Shown: positions 1-13,580 of the stretch, piece after piece
Numbering within the stretch: position 1 is the first letter of the stretch
Layout: every line of letters begins with the position of its first letter
Assembly: GCA_002269645.1 (NCBI GenBank)
Contig: NIVC01000617.1
Location: forward strand, 310,001-374,000
DNA from: Macrostomum lignano
Lineage: Eukaryota
Direction: 5' to 3'
Length of the DNA: 64,000 nt
Program-made: the position numbers and the translations under genes
The notes under the pieces: generated by a model
Seen by the model: the letters and a program-made list of their open reading frames with translations, nothing else
Databases searched by the model: none
What the model was told of the DNA's origin: nothing

Positions 1-1007
1 TCCTCTAATGAGGGATAGATATTTGACTTAGCTTCATGCTTTGTAAGTTACAACGCAATCACTGCCTTATCGGTAGCTGTCTTACCAACCAAAACGCCTC
101 AATGAAAGAATGCAACTCTTCGGATGTAATTCCGCACGCTCCAAAGTTTTAAACCATAAAGGACGTCGAATGGACTCAACATTCGACTCTTGTTATAAGC
201 GTTGCAGCGTTTTCGGTTCAGAAATTCAACTAATAAAAAATGAATAGTACAATCTTCAGTTCTAGTTTCTTAGCTCTTTACCAAAAGGTAATGCCAGGAC
301 AGGGGTTTAAGATATGCGCGGGCCGGACGTACAGAGCGGCTCGTTTATCAATTAGCTTGTTCCGCTTGTCAGTTCGTGGCGTTCCACCCAGGATTTTTGA
401 TGATTTATTACACGAAAAGCCGCAGCCGTTTTGTCTTAAACTGTACCGCTCATTTTGCAAGGCCAAGAAATGGCTGGACGTTTTGTCTTTCAATTAAAAT
501 TTTACAGTTACAGTTCCATTTTGCCTAGTTCACAAGCTCTACTTCTCTTCTCCAATACCCTCGGTACGTGCATACAATTTTCTGATAATGCCAAGAGCTC
601 TTGAAAAAAGAAGCAAACCTGAGCCAGCCAAGCACCCCAATGCAGCAGTTATCTGCTACGCTTTACACAGCAACGGAAGGGCGCGCCAGTGTTGAGTTGA
701 AAATCTCGCAAAATTTGGCTTTATCAAACAGGAACTGGCTCAGTCATTCAGTATATTTCTCCAAGTCAAAAACGAACAGGAAGCAGCCTCCAAAGTGAGA
801 TTCCTTCAACCAGAAGGCTTCCATTGAGGCTGGCGTTGCCGCAATAAATTGATGAAGAGAGTATGTACCGTCTTCATTGTTAGGCCGCTTCCTCAAGCGG
901 TCGTTTTGCGTTAAAAGCCCTCTACTTGAATGACAATGATTTCTTTGAAGCAAAAACCGCCGCCTGCCCGTGCATGCATCTCCTTTTGCGCTTTTTTGTC
1001 ACCTCAG

Positions 1008-4000
1008 GTCAACAACGCGACAGCAAGGGCATGGGATTCTGTGGCGCAGTGCTGCTGTTCCTGTCCTACACGCTTATCTTTGCCACGTTCCCGTTCTCCC
1101 TGTGTCTCTGCATCAAGGTACGAAAGCGTCTTATTAATGCAATGGAAACTAAAAATGAATTATTCATCTTAGTGAATGCACGTTGTCGAAAACCTTTTGC
1201 AGGTCGTTGCTGAGTACGAACGGACCGTGATCTTCCGCCTGGGCCGCATCCTTGAGGGAGGCGCCAAGGGTCCCGGCCTGTTTTTTATCGTGCCCTGCAT
1301 GGACATGATCCGCAAAGTGGACCTGCGTACCGTCACCTTTGATGTGCCGCCCCAGGAGGTGAGTTCGCCGGTTCGCTTGGACTGGAGATGGGCTAAGCTG
1401 GACTGAGATTCATGAGATTCATATCATGCGATTCATGGGATTCATATTATGAGATTCATGAGATTCATATCATGCGATTCATGGGATTCATATTATGAGA
1501 ATCATGAGATTAATGAGAGTCATGAGAGTCATGAGAGTCATGAGATCATGAGGTTCATATTTTAAGATTCATGAGATTCATGAGATTTATAAGATTCATG
1601 AGATTCATGAGATTCATGAGATTTATGTGATCCATGAGATTCATGAGATTCATATCATGAGATTCACGAGATTCACGAGATTCATGAGATTCATGAGATC
1701 CATGAGATTCATATCATGAGATTCATATCATGAGATTCATATTTTAAGATTCATGAGATTCATGAGATTTATAAGATTCATGAGATTCATGAGATTCATG
1801 AGATTTATGTGATCCATGAGATTCATGAGATTCATATCATGAGATTCACGAGATTCACGAGATTCATGAGATTCATGAGATCCATGAGATTCATATCATG
1901 AGATTCATATCATGAGATTCATATTTTAAGATTCATGAGATGACATTGAGTGGCATTGATAACACCGCTACTTCTAGTGGTCCTTTTGTAGGGACTAGTG
2001 ATGGATTCTTTGTTGAAGGTCTTAATACATCGACAGCAAGTGCTATTCAAAGCATCTAGTCCTAAACAGACGCAAATAGCTCTAAAGCCCTAATCTTTCT
2101 TCTTTCCGTATCCCGTTATTATCAGTAGGCTGTTTACGGATTCTAAAATTCGATAATATATTGCTTTTCCATAAAAGCTCCTCTAGACTGAACCCGTATA
2201 ACCTTAGTCTCAAATAAATTCAGTTCGCACGAGCTATGGGGGGGGGGAAGCCTACAAACCTTCCATCCCCTCTGCATCACGCGCTCTCCATCCTCCAGCT
2301 TAGCGTGAATTCAATGCCTGAAGGCATCTGACTGAGGGGAGGGCGGCAAATTATAGGCAAAAGATTAGGAGACGATCAGGCGAAGGAGAGGTGGTTGGCT
2401 AGTCCATTTTCTCTCCATTTTTCTGCGCACTAGCTTCTGTCGTGACGACGCGAAAAAACCCGACTGGGTGCGAACGAGAGGACGAGGAGGACGATCGTAG
2501 GAGGAGGAGGAGGAGAGAGACGGGGGGCGGGCAATCGAGTAGAAAAGGAAATTAAGGAAGGGCGACGAGCCCAAGTCATAGAGAGATCGGGGTTAGAGGA
2601 TGGAGAGGAAGAAAAATGGGAGAATTCGAGAAGCAAGCGACTGCTCGGGCCTGACTATAGTCGGGTCTAGATCCACAAGAACTGAGAGAGAGAGAGAAAA
2701 ATAAAGAAGTCGTGGAGAGAGAGCCAGTGTGTGTTGCGTGTGTGTGTGTGTGCAAGCGTGAAGCAGTCCGAGTGAAACGCGTATACGTAGGCTCGAAGAA
2801 ATTTGATTTACTTGATTGGATCCGCGACGCGCGGTTTTGCGGCTGCTCCTTAGACGACGCACCGACGCCGGCCCGCTACCAGTTTCAAAAGAGAGTACTC
2901 GTACATGTAGATGTGGAAATATGGAGAGTTTCCTTCGAAAATTACTTCAGAATAAGATGTCAGATGTCAGATAGTAATATACACAAACTGTAGACTGTGC
3001 ATATGCTGGTACATGCTCACATGGCGATGCACAATGACCCTGACTTTTTAATCGTCAAGAGCAGGTAAAGGTTTCGGCCACACGAGCCAGAACTAAGTGT
3101 GGCTCACTTGCACCCATGTACACGAGACTGGAGACTGATAATGTGTATACACATGCGTCTTAACTTCAATAATGTCTATACTACACAGGTGCTAACGAAG
3201 GACTCCGTAACTGTGGCCGTAGATGCAGTTGTTTACTACCGAATTTACAATCCGGTCATCGCTGTCACCAACGTGGAAGACGCTGACAGATCCACCCGCC
3301 TGCTGGCTGCCACCACTCTGCGCAATGTGCTGGGCACTAAGAATCTGTCCGAGATTCTGTCCGAACGTGAGAGCATTAGCAACATGATGCAGGTGAGTAG
3401 GCTACGCTACCTTATAGTACGGATATTTGATTTTTAACTAATAACATTAAGGACCTATCGAAGATAGATTAGAAAAAGTTAGCTTTTAAAGTTTAGAAAA
3501 TCGTAGAGAAAAACGAAAACCGCCTAAATGTCATCCAATTTTCAAATCGGATCATGTTGGGCAGAAAAAATCATTTTTTTTATGTTACGAAAGAGTTGCA
3601 TATACGTACGAGCCTGGATTTGATCCTAACATTTCGTGCAGAAAAACTGCGTGTCTCACAGCAGATCTCAGTGCTACAGGCACACACGGAAGGAGTTAAT
3701 CCTACAACTATCAGGACAGTCACGCCAGCATGAGGCACTGGCAGATAGAAAGAAGATTCAATTTCTGATTCAACCCCTCTTGACAAGCTCTTTTGCTTTA
3801 TCCCCCCTGGTGCGGTTAGAACGCGTGGGCGTTGCAGAGCTCCAAAAAAGGGAGTAGCTATTATGTGTAGTAGGTAGTAGGTACACGAAGGATTTTACTA
3901 CTCTAATATGCCCTGTGAACTCGACGTAGTTGAAGCAGATAGCTTTTTTGATGGGACTGTCTAGGAAAGGAAAGGTCCGGGTTGTAGGAAGACCCGGGGG

Positions 4001-7000
4001 TAAAACAACAGCAACGGAAGTTTTCAGCCGCAGGGCCTGGGCGTAAACCATGCAGGGGTTGGCAAACTCCCGGTCTGTCAAGCCTCTCTATCCGGCCCTT
4101 GGGTCCTTTGAAACTTCACAATAGCAATCCGCTCAAGGTTTGCCTCTTCTCAGCTCTTTTCTCTTCTCTCCTCTCTCCCCTCTCTCCTCTGTACTCCTCT
4201 CTTTCCTCTCTATCCTCTTCTCTCCTTCTCTCCTATCTTTTCTCTCATCTATTCATCTAATCTTCGATTCCCTCTCCTTTCCACTGTCACCTGACCCGCA
4301 GCCATGAGCTGGATTCTCTATCCGGCCCCTGGGGTAAAAACTTTGCCAACCCCTGGGCCGCTAACGTACTTGTAAGCCAATTTCAAAATCAGTAAAAAAT
4401 TACTCTGTCGAAATTTTCTATAAATAGATACTCTCGATGAGCTTCGACAGCCCAGTAAATCCCGAGCTGATTAGCGCTGAAATGGGAGTTCTTTTTTATC
4501 TAGCAGTAAATCCCACAAATTTTCTTTCGCTCCTACATTGCCGCAATTTTCCCAAGAATCCAAGAGCTCAAGCAATCAACTATGGGGCTCTTTCTAACTC
4601 CGAAATCTTAATCTGTATTCCCAGAGATAGGGCGAGCGAGGTAAAGTTTCATTTACTAATAGTGCATTTCCACAGCCACTCAATCGGAGATTCAGTCGAC
4701 CAGAAATCTTCAGTCCGGCCTATGCAAATCCGATACAAATTGAGCAGTGAGCAGAGAAGCTATAGAATGCTAAAATAGGGGTCAATCCGAGGACAGAGTT
4801 CTTATATAGGTGCATCTTTATTCATCCGTGGCTGGAGATTTATTTCTGCTGTGGGATGGCTTGCTGCAGAAAGATTATATTATTGATTGTTTAGCGGAAT
4901 TGCATGAGTATCTGGCTAAGGGATAACGAAAGAATAGGAATTAACTCTGATATCATTGATGTTAACAAATGAAATGTACGTCGTAGCAGATTACTTGTTC
5001 CAGATACAGATTGAACTGAACAATCTGCAGATTGAATAAAACAACCTACGAATTGTGATTGAACACTTTACTAATTAAATTAAATAATCTACAGATTGCA
5101 CTGAACAATCTACCGATTGGATTGAACAATCTACAGCTTACACTGAACAATCTACAGATTACACAGAACAATCTATAGATTACACAGAACAATCTATAGA
5201 TTGGACTAAACAATCTATAGATTACACAGAACAATTCATAGATTGGACTAAACAATCTACAGATTACACTGAGCAATTTACAGATTAGACTCACCAATCT
5301 GCATATACACAGTTCCAGCCTGCTATTAAACAGATTAAAATCATTCGAATAGAATGAGTATTTTTTATGGAATTTTGTTTTAGAAATAATGTTTTTAATC
5401 AAATTGAAAGGCCGCGCAAGCAGTTAGGGATATTTTTCATGATTAGTGATGTTTTAATCTGTTGTCAGACAACAGTGAGAAATCGAAGCCATTTCAAATT
5501 GCAATCTATTTCCGACCTTGAACAGACGTGCATGTTTTGCTTTAATTTTCAGAATATGCTTGACGACGCCACAGATCCGTGGGGAGTGAAGGTGGAGAGA
5601 GTGGAAGTGTAAGTTAACTGCGGCCATATCATTTTTTAAATTAAGATCACGTGCCATTTGTTTTGTTTTAATTGTTGAACGAATTCAACTGAATTATTCT
5701 AAAAGAAAGGATTTCGATTGAATTTCAAATAAAATTACGTGAAAAAATCTATAGCATTGCCATATATTCTCCCACAAAGCGATTACTATACGAGTGGTTG
5801 TTTAAAAAAGTTTTACTGCTATCTTCCCCAAACGGAATTTGGCTTCGATAGCGTGCCAGTGCAGCTCTTTGATTGACAGTGTCTCCAGGGAGACAAGCTT
5901 GCAGGAGCGTCTGCAGTCTTGAGGGGACAGATGGGTTCTGGGCGAAAAGCAACCAACGGTTTAAAGTGAAAATCATCACCGCGTCGTATCAGGCATGTAC
6001 AGTAGCTACTTGTTTAAAAGAACTTGGCTTGGCGGGTGGTCTGTGTACACTCTGCAGTCGACGTCTTTTCTTGGTTTTTCTCCCCTCCCCTCGTTCTTTT
6101 TCATCCCAGACATTTCTGTAGAAAACAGACAAAGAGATAGAATAGGAAAAGTGAAGAGAGAAGGCTGAATTCGAAGTTTACCTGAACCTGTGTAAAGAGC
6201 TGAATATTAGTAGGTGACTGCTTGAGATTTTCACACGTTAAGTTGTTTCTTCTGTTGAAAGTATTAAACGTACAGACTGAAATAAAAGTGTTGCCCAAAT
6301 GACTAAATGAAACGACGAGGCTAAATTTGATGTTTCCTTGTCTAAATAAAGGCCTTAAATAAGGTTCTGAAAAATTGAAAGACAATATTGCATTTTGATA
6401 TTGTCTAAACTTAATAGTTTTGTTGAAATCGACTGGGAAAATGTGCAGAACAAAGTTGGTACTTTTTGATTGCCTAACGTGGAAACCAGGCACTCATTCG
6501 AGAATGAGAAAGAGGAGACAGGCGGAGAGAAATGTGAAGAGAAGCAGAGGCCTTTGCTGCTTGCCAAGGAAGCAAAAAAAGCGCCGGTAACATTGCATTG
6601 ATTGAGCTTCGCATGAGCCCGTCGAAAAACTGGGACGACACAAACACACACATGGTTTAACTCCCGTCCATATGTATACACGCGCACCCATCGTGAGGCT
6701 TACCCATGCGATCCAGCAATTTAGCATCCATCCCCATTCCCCTTCCTAGCCCCTGTTGCTTCCTGGTTTCGTTGGACTAAAAAATGAGCAAACTATGATG
6801 GCAATGCACGGCTGGCGTAGAGATGCAGGGCTCAGGTTCTGGCTGGCCTAGAGTGAAAATAATGCTGCTTCTCCACTTTGCTCTCTTCATTTTCTGCCTC
6901 CCCCCCCCACCCCTCAACTGTCTCGTCAGCCGAAATCCCGGACTTTTCTATCCATCCCAGCAGGACGCAGGCATACGCATCCCTTTTCCTCATTCCCAAC

Positions 7001-10000
7001 TCAATTCCACTCTCGCGGTGGGCCAGCGGGAATGGATTTGGAATGATGGGGATGTAGGGGGGGGGGGAGAGTCGTCTCAGATCCTCAGGAAGCCGCGCAG
7101 CCCGAAGGATTGCTCCCTTCGGATTAAAGAAAAAGATAGATAGCATAGATGGATAGAGAGATGGGAAAGGCGGAGATGGAGCGGCATGAAAGTCCGCGGC
7201 TTTGCTGGTTCTCACTCAGCCTCTGTCTGTCCTTCATCTCTCTCTCTCTCTCTGTGTTCTTCCGCCAAGTTCTACTTAATTTTTTGCTTGACATCATCCG
7301 CAGTCTCAGTGCAACATGTGCACTGCTTTTAGGAACCTCTAGCGGTTGGAAAATTGTACTTTTAGGTAGCTCAGTTACCATGCAAATTTAGCATGTTGCT
7401 GCGTGTGCATAAAAATCAAAACCCAAACAATCGTTTTCTATCCATTGATTGAAATTCGAATTTCAACATAAATATTAACAAATTCATTACAGAGCTTGCA
7501 ACTTCTAATTATAAATAATTTACTATAATATTTTAAAGACAATCCAAAAAGCCCTATTATTGATTTTGTTTACATTGATTTTAAGCGCCCGACGGAGCAT
7601 AAAAAAAACTTCATTTATGAATATCATCGAATCCCATACCCAAAAGGAATTTCTGGGCTTAAAAACACAAATCCTGCGGAGCTTCTTACGGATCGATGCT
7701 TCACATCTAAATAACAAATAGCAAAAATGATTTCTACGTAGCAAAAACATAGCAAAAATTACTTTTTTTGCTAAACTTTTAACTAGCAGTCTAGATCACA
7801 CTAGACCAAGCAGTGTAGACCACACTAGATCAAGCAGTGTAGATCACACTAGATCAAGCAGTGTAGGTCACACTAGATCAAGCAGTGTAGATCACACTAG
7901 ATCAAGCAGTGTAGACCACACTAGATCAAGCAGTGTAGACCACACTAGATCAAGCAGTGTAGAGCACACTAGATCAAGCAGTGTAGAACACACTAGATCA
8001 AGCAGTGTAGAGCACACTAGATCAAGCAGTGCAGAACACACTAGATCAAGCAGTGTAGAACGCACTAGATCAAGCAGTGTAGAACACACTAGATCAAGCA
8101 GTGTAGAACACACTAGATCAAGCAGTGTAGAACACACTAGATCAAGCAGTGTAGAACACACTAGATCAAGCAGTGTAGAACACACTAGATCAAGCAGTGT
8201 AGAACACACTAGATCAAGCAGTGTAGACCACAATAGATCAAGCAGTGTAGAACACACTAGATCAAGCAGTGTAGAACACACTAGATCAAGCAGTGTAGAA
8301 CACACTAGATCAAGCAGTGTAGACCAAGCAGTGTAGAACACACTAGATCAAGCAGTGTAGAACACACTAGATCAAGCAGTGTAGAACACACTAGATCAAG
8401 CAGTGTAGACCAAGCAGTGTAGAACACACTAGATCAAGCAGTGTAGAACACACTAGATCAAGCAGTGTAGAACACACTAGATCAAGCAGTGTAGAACACA
8501 CTAGATCAAGCAGTGTAGAACACACTAGATCAAGCAGTGTAGAACACACTAGATCAAGCAGTGTAGAGCACACTAGATCAAGCAGTGTAGACCACACTAG
8601 ATCAAGCAGTGTAGACCACACTAGATCAAGCAGTGTAGAGCACACTAGATCAAGCAGTGTAGAACACACTAGATCAAGCAGTGTAGAACACACTAGATCA
8701 AGCAGTGTAGAACACACTAGATCAAGCAGTGTAGAGCACACTAGATCAAGCAGTGTAGACCACACTAGATCAAGCAGTGTAGAACACACTAGATCAAGCA
8801 GTGTAGAACACACTAGATCAAGCAGTGTAGAACACACTAGATCAAGCAGTGTAGACCACACTAGATCAAGCAGTGTAGACCACACTAGATCAAGCAGTGT
8901 AGAACACACTAGATCAAGCAGTGTAGAACACACTAGATCAAGCAGTGTAGAACACACTAGATCAAGCAGTGTAGACCAAGCAGTGTAGAACACACTAGAT
9001 CAAGCAGTGTAGAACACACTAGATCAAGCAGTGTAGAACACACTAGATCAAGCAGTGTAAAAATACTAGATCAAGCAGTGTAGAACACACTAGATCAAGC
9101 AGTGTAGAACACACTAGATCAAGCAGTGTAGAACACACTAGATCAAGCAGTGTAGAACACACTAGATCAAGCAGTGTAGAGCACACTAGATCAAGCAGTG
9201 TAGACCACACTAGATCAAGCAGTGTAGACCACACTAGATCAAGCAGTGTAGAGCACACTAGATCAAGCAGTGTAGAACACACTAGATCAAGCAGTGTAGA
9301 CCACACTAGATCAAGCAGTGTAGACCACACTAGATCAAGCAGTGTAGAACACACTAGATCAAGCAGTGTAGACCACACTAGATCAAGCAGTGTAGAACAC
9401 ACTAGATCAAGCAGTGTAGAACACACTAGATCAAAGCGACAGTGGATGGTGTAAATCGTACACCTAGGTACGCCTTAGCCGTGAAAGCAGATTAAAACAA
9501 AACTGACGGGATTTTTAAACGCAAAAAAGATTAAATCATGCGGAAATTTAGCTTGCTCAAGCGAGGAGAGAATAAAAATGAAGTTAGAAATTAATGGACT
9601 CGGCCTCTGGACAAATTTTACCTACATGTAACTTGAAAATTTAAACCGTGCTGCCCCGTCTAATCTGTTTACAGGAAGGACGTCCGGCTTCCCGTTCAGC
9701 TGCAGCGAGCCATGGCTGCCGAAGCTGAGGCCGCTCGCGAAGCTCGGGCCAAGGTTAGTTTAACGTGCAGCTAATAATTGTTTCGATACATATCGGGCAC
9801 TACGGAAGCTACGAAGGATAAGGCAAAAACAATATTAATAACTCTTGAAAACACAAGAAAACAGAACAGAAGATATGAAAGTATCTACAATGCTAGTAGT
9901 ATCCGTCTTATTTTATGTCAACGTTTTTTAAGGATTTCTACGAAATACGCCTGATACTCTACTTATATAAGTCGCGTATATAAGAGTATTAATTTTCTTT

Positions 10001-10472
10001 GTTTAAAATCAAGAGACTTAAGAGTAGCTCAGCGATAAATCGATATACACTACTAGAGGGGCGCCATAATACACTAGAGGGGCGCCATAATACACTAGAG
10101 GGGCGCCAGTGATCCTTGTTCAGAAAGTCATCACCCGTGTGAGCGGATGCTACAATAAAGCCACGTAATTGAAATCAACATACTTCCAGCTAAAATATTT
10201 TTCGATACATATCGGGCTCTTAATTGAGACAATTTAAATCTCAGCACAGTGCCTAACTAAATCCACACGCGCAGGTAATCGCAGCCGAAGGTGAACAGAA
10301 GGCCTCCCGGGCCCTCAAAGAGGCCGCCGATGTTATCAACGAGTCGCCGTTTGCGCTGCAGCTGCGCTACCTGCAGACTCTCAACACCATTTCGGCCGAG
10401 AAGAATTCCACCATCATTTTCCCGTTGCCATTGGAGATTCTGGCGCACTTCATGCACAAGCCGCCGCTGTGA
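1008..10472 (+). CDS. stom: Stomatin / MEC-2-like SPFH (band 7) membrane protein; 5'-partial spliced CDS join(1008-1117,1203-1358,3189-3392,5553-5608,9675-9753,10275-10472)
   Basis: All six exons have AG/GT borders with matching phases. Translation: [64 protein letters not shown]...[32 protein letters not shown]...[20 protein letters not shown]-...[55 protein letters not shown]...[25 protein letters not shown]. This is collinear with stomatin, including the hairpin Pro and the palmitoylation-type Cys residues. The upstream phase-1 exon was not identified. Confidence 0.95.
1404..1940. repeat. Degenerate 9-bp minisatellite (GAGATTCAT)n with internal higher-order duplication, in the stomatin intron 1359-3188
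   Basis: Directly visible; a block of about 180 bp recurs around 1560-1740 and 1740-1930. Confidence 0.9.
4053..4355. mobile_element. Non-autonomous hAT-like MITE with a CT-rich core
   Basis: Perfect 14-bp TIR CAGGGGTTGGCAAA ... TTTGCCAACCCCTG and subterminal TCTCTATCCGGCCC repeats, typical of hAT/Charlie-type ends. No intact 8-bp TSD seen. Confidence 0.7.
5085..5300. repeat. Degenerate 21-bp tandem repeat (AGATTACACTGAACAATCTAC-like)
   Basis: About 10 diverged copies; source of the spurious ORF 5046-5402. Confidence 0.8.
7790..9433. repeat. 24-bp minisatellite (ACACACTAGATCAAGCAGTGTAGA)n, about 68 copies, in the stomatin intron 5609-9674
   Basis: Directly visible; explains the LLDLVCST ORFs. 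Confidence 0.97.
10047..10108. repeat. Short array of 21-bp units CACTAGAGGGGCGCCATAATA (3 copies)
   Basis: Directly visible; same family as 46403-46605 in the opposite orientation. Confidence 0.8.
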
Positions 10473-13344
10473 GCTTTGATCGCAGCCAGTTGCAACTGGG
10501 AATGGAGGCGTCAATTCAAACGCTGAAGCTGGAGAAAGTCAACTACTCCAGAAGTAATCCCAATTCAAATAAGCTTTGGCAGTCAAAAACATCTTTTTGT
10601 CACAGAGACATTTTAAACGTCGCTGTTAGATTTACATATACAATATATATACATAAATGTGCATAAATGTACTAAAAGCACCATTTTTGTAAACTCTTGC
10701 AGCTGTACATTAAGTGTACATGCCTATATATTACTCTGCGCTCCTATCTATTGTAGGTATTATTTGTATTTGTAACAATTTGCAACTTATTTTTCTACCA
10801 TTTCATGCACCAATTCTCGATCTTCTTGTGCTTCTCGCGTCGTTGCGTCAAATTATATAATGGTAGATCAAGGATGTCAAGGAGGGTCACGTGATCTCAA
10901 AGAAAGAAAATAATGCATCCAACACTGAATCAAATTATGCATATTCTAATGTATGTGACGTGTGAATCTAAAAAAATAGTCTTAGCGTGTATTTTTGGTA
11001 ATATCTACATTTTTTAGCTCCACCTTGTTCTGTGTATCGATCTTGATCATAACAGTTCTTTGTTTTCTTGAGAGTTAAGACCCTGCCCCCACTACCCCTA
11101 AAGTCGGGAAGAGTAACAACCAATCGAAAACGACAGATAAGATAAGAGAAGAAAACGGACGCAGCCTGACGGGTTTTAATTGGCTGATGGGTTAATTGGT
11201 TGCTATTTTTAGGAACACTTGCGGGCAACCGTGTAGGCACGTGACTATAACATCGGGCCATAAAATATTTTGTTATTCTATGTAAATAGCTCCTCGTAGC
11301 TAGCATTAGTTTCTAGCCTTGAAAACTCTTAGGACTTTAAGATTTTAGCGTCAGTAGTAATTTTAACTTTGACTGTGAGCTTATCTGATATTTCAATTTG
11401 AACGAGTCTAACAAAGGCGAGAGAAGTAGTGCCATGATTTACGAAAGCCTACGCGAGCAAATTAAAGTTTGAACACGCTAATTACTATAACAAAAACGCA
11501 AAAAGTTGCTGAAAAAGTATTAACCCAAACAGAAATATTAAAAAGAAACTCCTTCAAATGCCATTTTTGTCTACGCATAGGCAATCATAGAGCCCCGATT
11601 TTACAACTAGCTAAACCCTTAGGGAGACAATTGTAAAAAACCGAACCACTAGCTAAAAATAACAACCGATATCGACAGTGATAACAACACTGTCACACTA
11701 ATACTTCTTAATGCATGCATATCCACGCACGGAAACACTTACCGTTTGTTATCTCAAACCCTGCAGTTAAAACTATTCGCTAATTGAACGCTCCTTACAA
11801 AATTTCTTGCAAAAATTCTGCCATTAAATATTGTTGTCTTTCACCAATCATAATTTTCATCCAGCAACTATCTAAATCTGATTCTGATATCGCTGATTCA
11901 GTGTGTTTGCGAGTGTTTTATTGGTGAAAAGTATATTCAAAAGTTGAATTCGCGGGGCGCAATTTGATTTTAAATTTAAATTCGCGCCAACAATTCGTAA
12001 ATCGAAAACGTATTAAGCAAAAATGTTTAATTTAGAGCATGCTCTTTTTGTTATTTTTTTTATGATAAAACATTGACAAAACGTGACGTGAATTTAAATT
12101 AAGAAAATAATCGATATTAGGCATTTTTGGTAATTGTAATTTTTAATCTTTCTTGGGTTTATAATAATTACACAACAATTTATTATTTACTATATTATAG
12201 TATAAAATTTAATAACACTAATTAATTAGCATCATCTGTTTTGTAAACTCCAAAGTCAACTCAACCAGTTTTGCATCTCATCAACTCATATTTTGCTTGT
12301 ATTTTTATTCAACGTGATAATCGTTAATAATCCGAATGATGCATGTTTGTTATTCTATCCATGTTTAGCTTAGAAAGGACCTGTACACTGCCGCACGCCC
12401 ATTGGCCCATAAAAACTGACTTGACTCTATGTCGAATTTGTTTATGTACAACAAGTGCGTCAAACTTATTCCCTTTTAATTGTCTGTTAGATAATAATCT
12501 GTCTGGCCGTTAAATGGTTTGCAATATTTCAGTGTTCTGTTTTGACTCTGTCAGCGCAATGTATCTTAACTATTTGATTATTATTATTTCATTCTGGACT
12601 TGGACCACAAAAAGCTTATGACAAAATAATTTATCTAAACAATTATTCTTAATTAAGCTTCAAATGAAAGGTACCTTGCGATATTAGTATTTTTAAAACA
12701 TGAACAAATAAAAGTCTTTAACTTTGAGTAAGGAAAACCTAATTAAAGGTTTTTTGGCTGTTCAACGAAATCTTTATTGTCTGCTTAATGCACTACTGAA
12801 AGTAGAAACGAAGCAAAATAGGAATATCTGATAACGGTTTTTTAAAACCAAGATTTTGAAAATGATTTTAAATTTTCGATTTAATACGACGTTTTTAAAT
12901 TTAGAATCGCTATAATAATATACAAGCAGGATTTTACCCACAAGTATTCTGACCATGCATAATAAGCAGGGAGTGAAGTGGAAGGAGGCTGAGAGAGCAA
13001 ACAATATTTTAGGGCGTGGTCGCTCTGGTCGTCTCAGCGGTTTCGATAAGGCCTAGCGCTATATGCCTACTCTTTGATAAGGCAGTAGTTTTTTCATCTG
13101 GCGCTCCGCTCAAAGTCGAACGAAATTGCTGAAATATGGCTAGTTGAATTGTGGCTAAAGCTTTAGTGGTGCAAGCTGCTATAGTCAATCATGGATTAAA
13201 TACTGTAAGTATTAGTGCACCGGGGTTCCATGCTTATTTTTGGCGCCACCATTTTGAGTCGGAATTAGAAACATTTTCTTTGAACAAACATATTTAACGG
13301 AGCGTTGGAAAATTGCGTGTACTGTAGAACGAATGAAGCATGCT

Positions 13345-13545
13345 GTCAGTAGCTAATGAGTCATTGAGCCAAGTAAAGCAGTGGCTAATGAGTCATTGAG
13401 CCAAGTTAAGGTCAGTGGCTAATGAGTCATTGAGCCAAGTAAAGGTCACTGACTAATGAGTCATTGAGCCAAGTAAAGGTCAGTGGCTAGTCATTGAGTC
13501 AAGTAAGGGTCAGTGGCTAATGAGTCATTAAGCCAAGTAGCGGTC
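13345..13545. repeat. 32-34-bp tandem repeat (CAGTGGCTAATGAGTCATTGAGCCAAGTAAAGGT), about 6 copies
   Basis: Directly visible; lies just 3' of the stop codon of the minus-strand orphan gene. Confidence 0.85.
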
Positions 13546-13580
13546 TGAGGTTAATGAATCCGTGAATGAGGTCAGGTAGC

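Noticed and set aside
1-1007. Candidate first exons for stomatin (donors near 566, 797 and 859)
   Set aside because: None combined an ATG, an open frame and a phase-1 donor convincingly; left unresolved.
6823-7143. ORF with a signal-peptide-like start ([17 protein letters not shown]) nested in a stomatin intron
   Set aside because: Short, partly homopolymer-derived, with no domain or splice support.
7790-9433. Regular 20-61-bp arrays as possible CRISPR arrays (also 17325, 34033, 39519, 56895, 60190)
   Set aside because: Units are head-to-tail with no unique spacers, there are no cas genes, and the context is spliced eukaryotic genes.
13000-13130. GC-rich patch resembling a tRNA-derived sequence
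   Set aside because: No cloverleaf or B-box (GTTCRA) could be formed.
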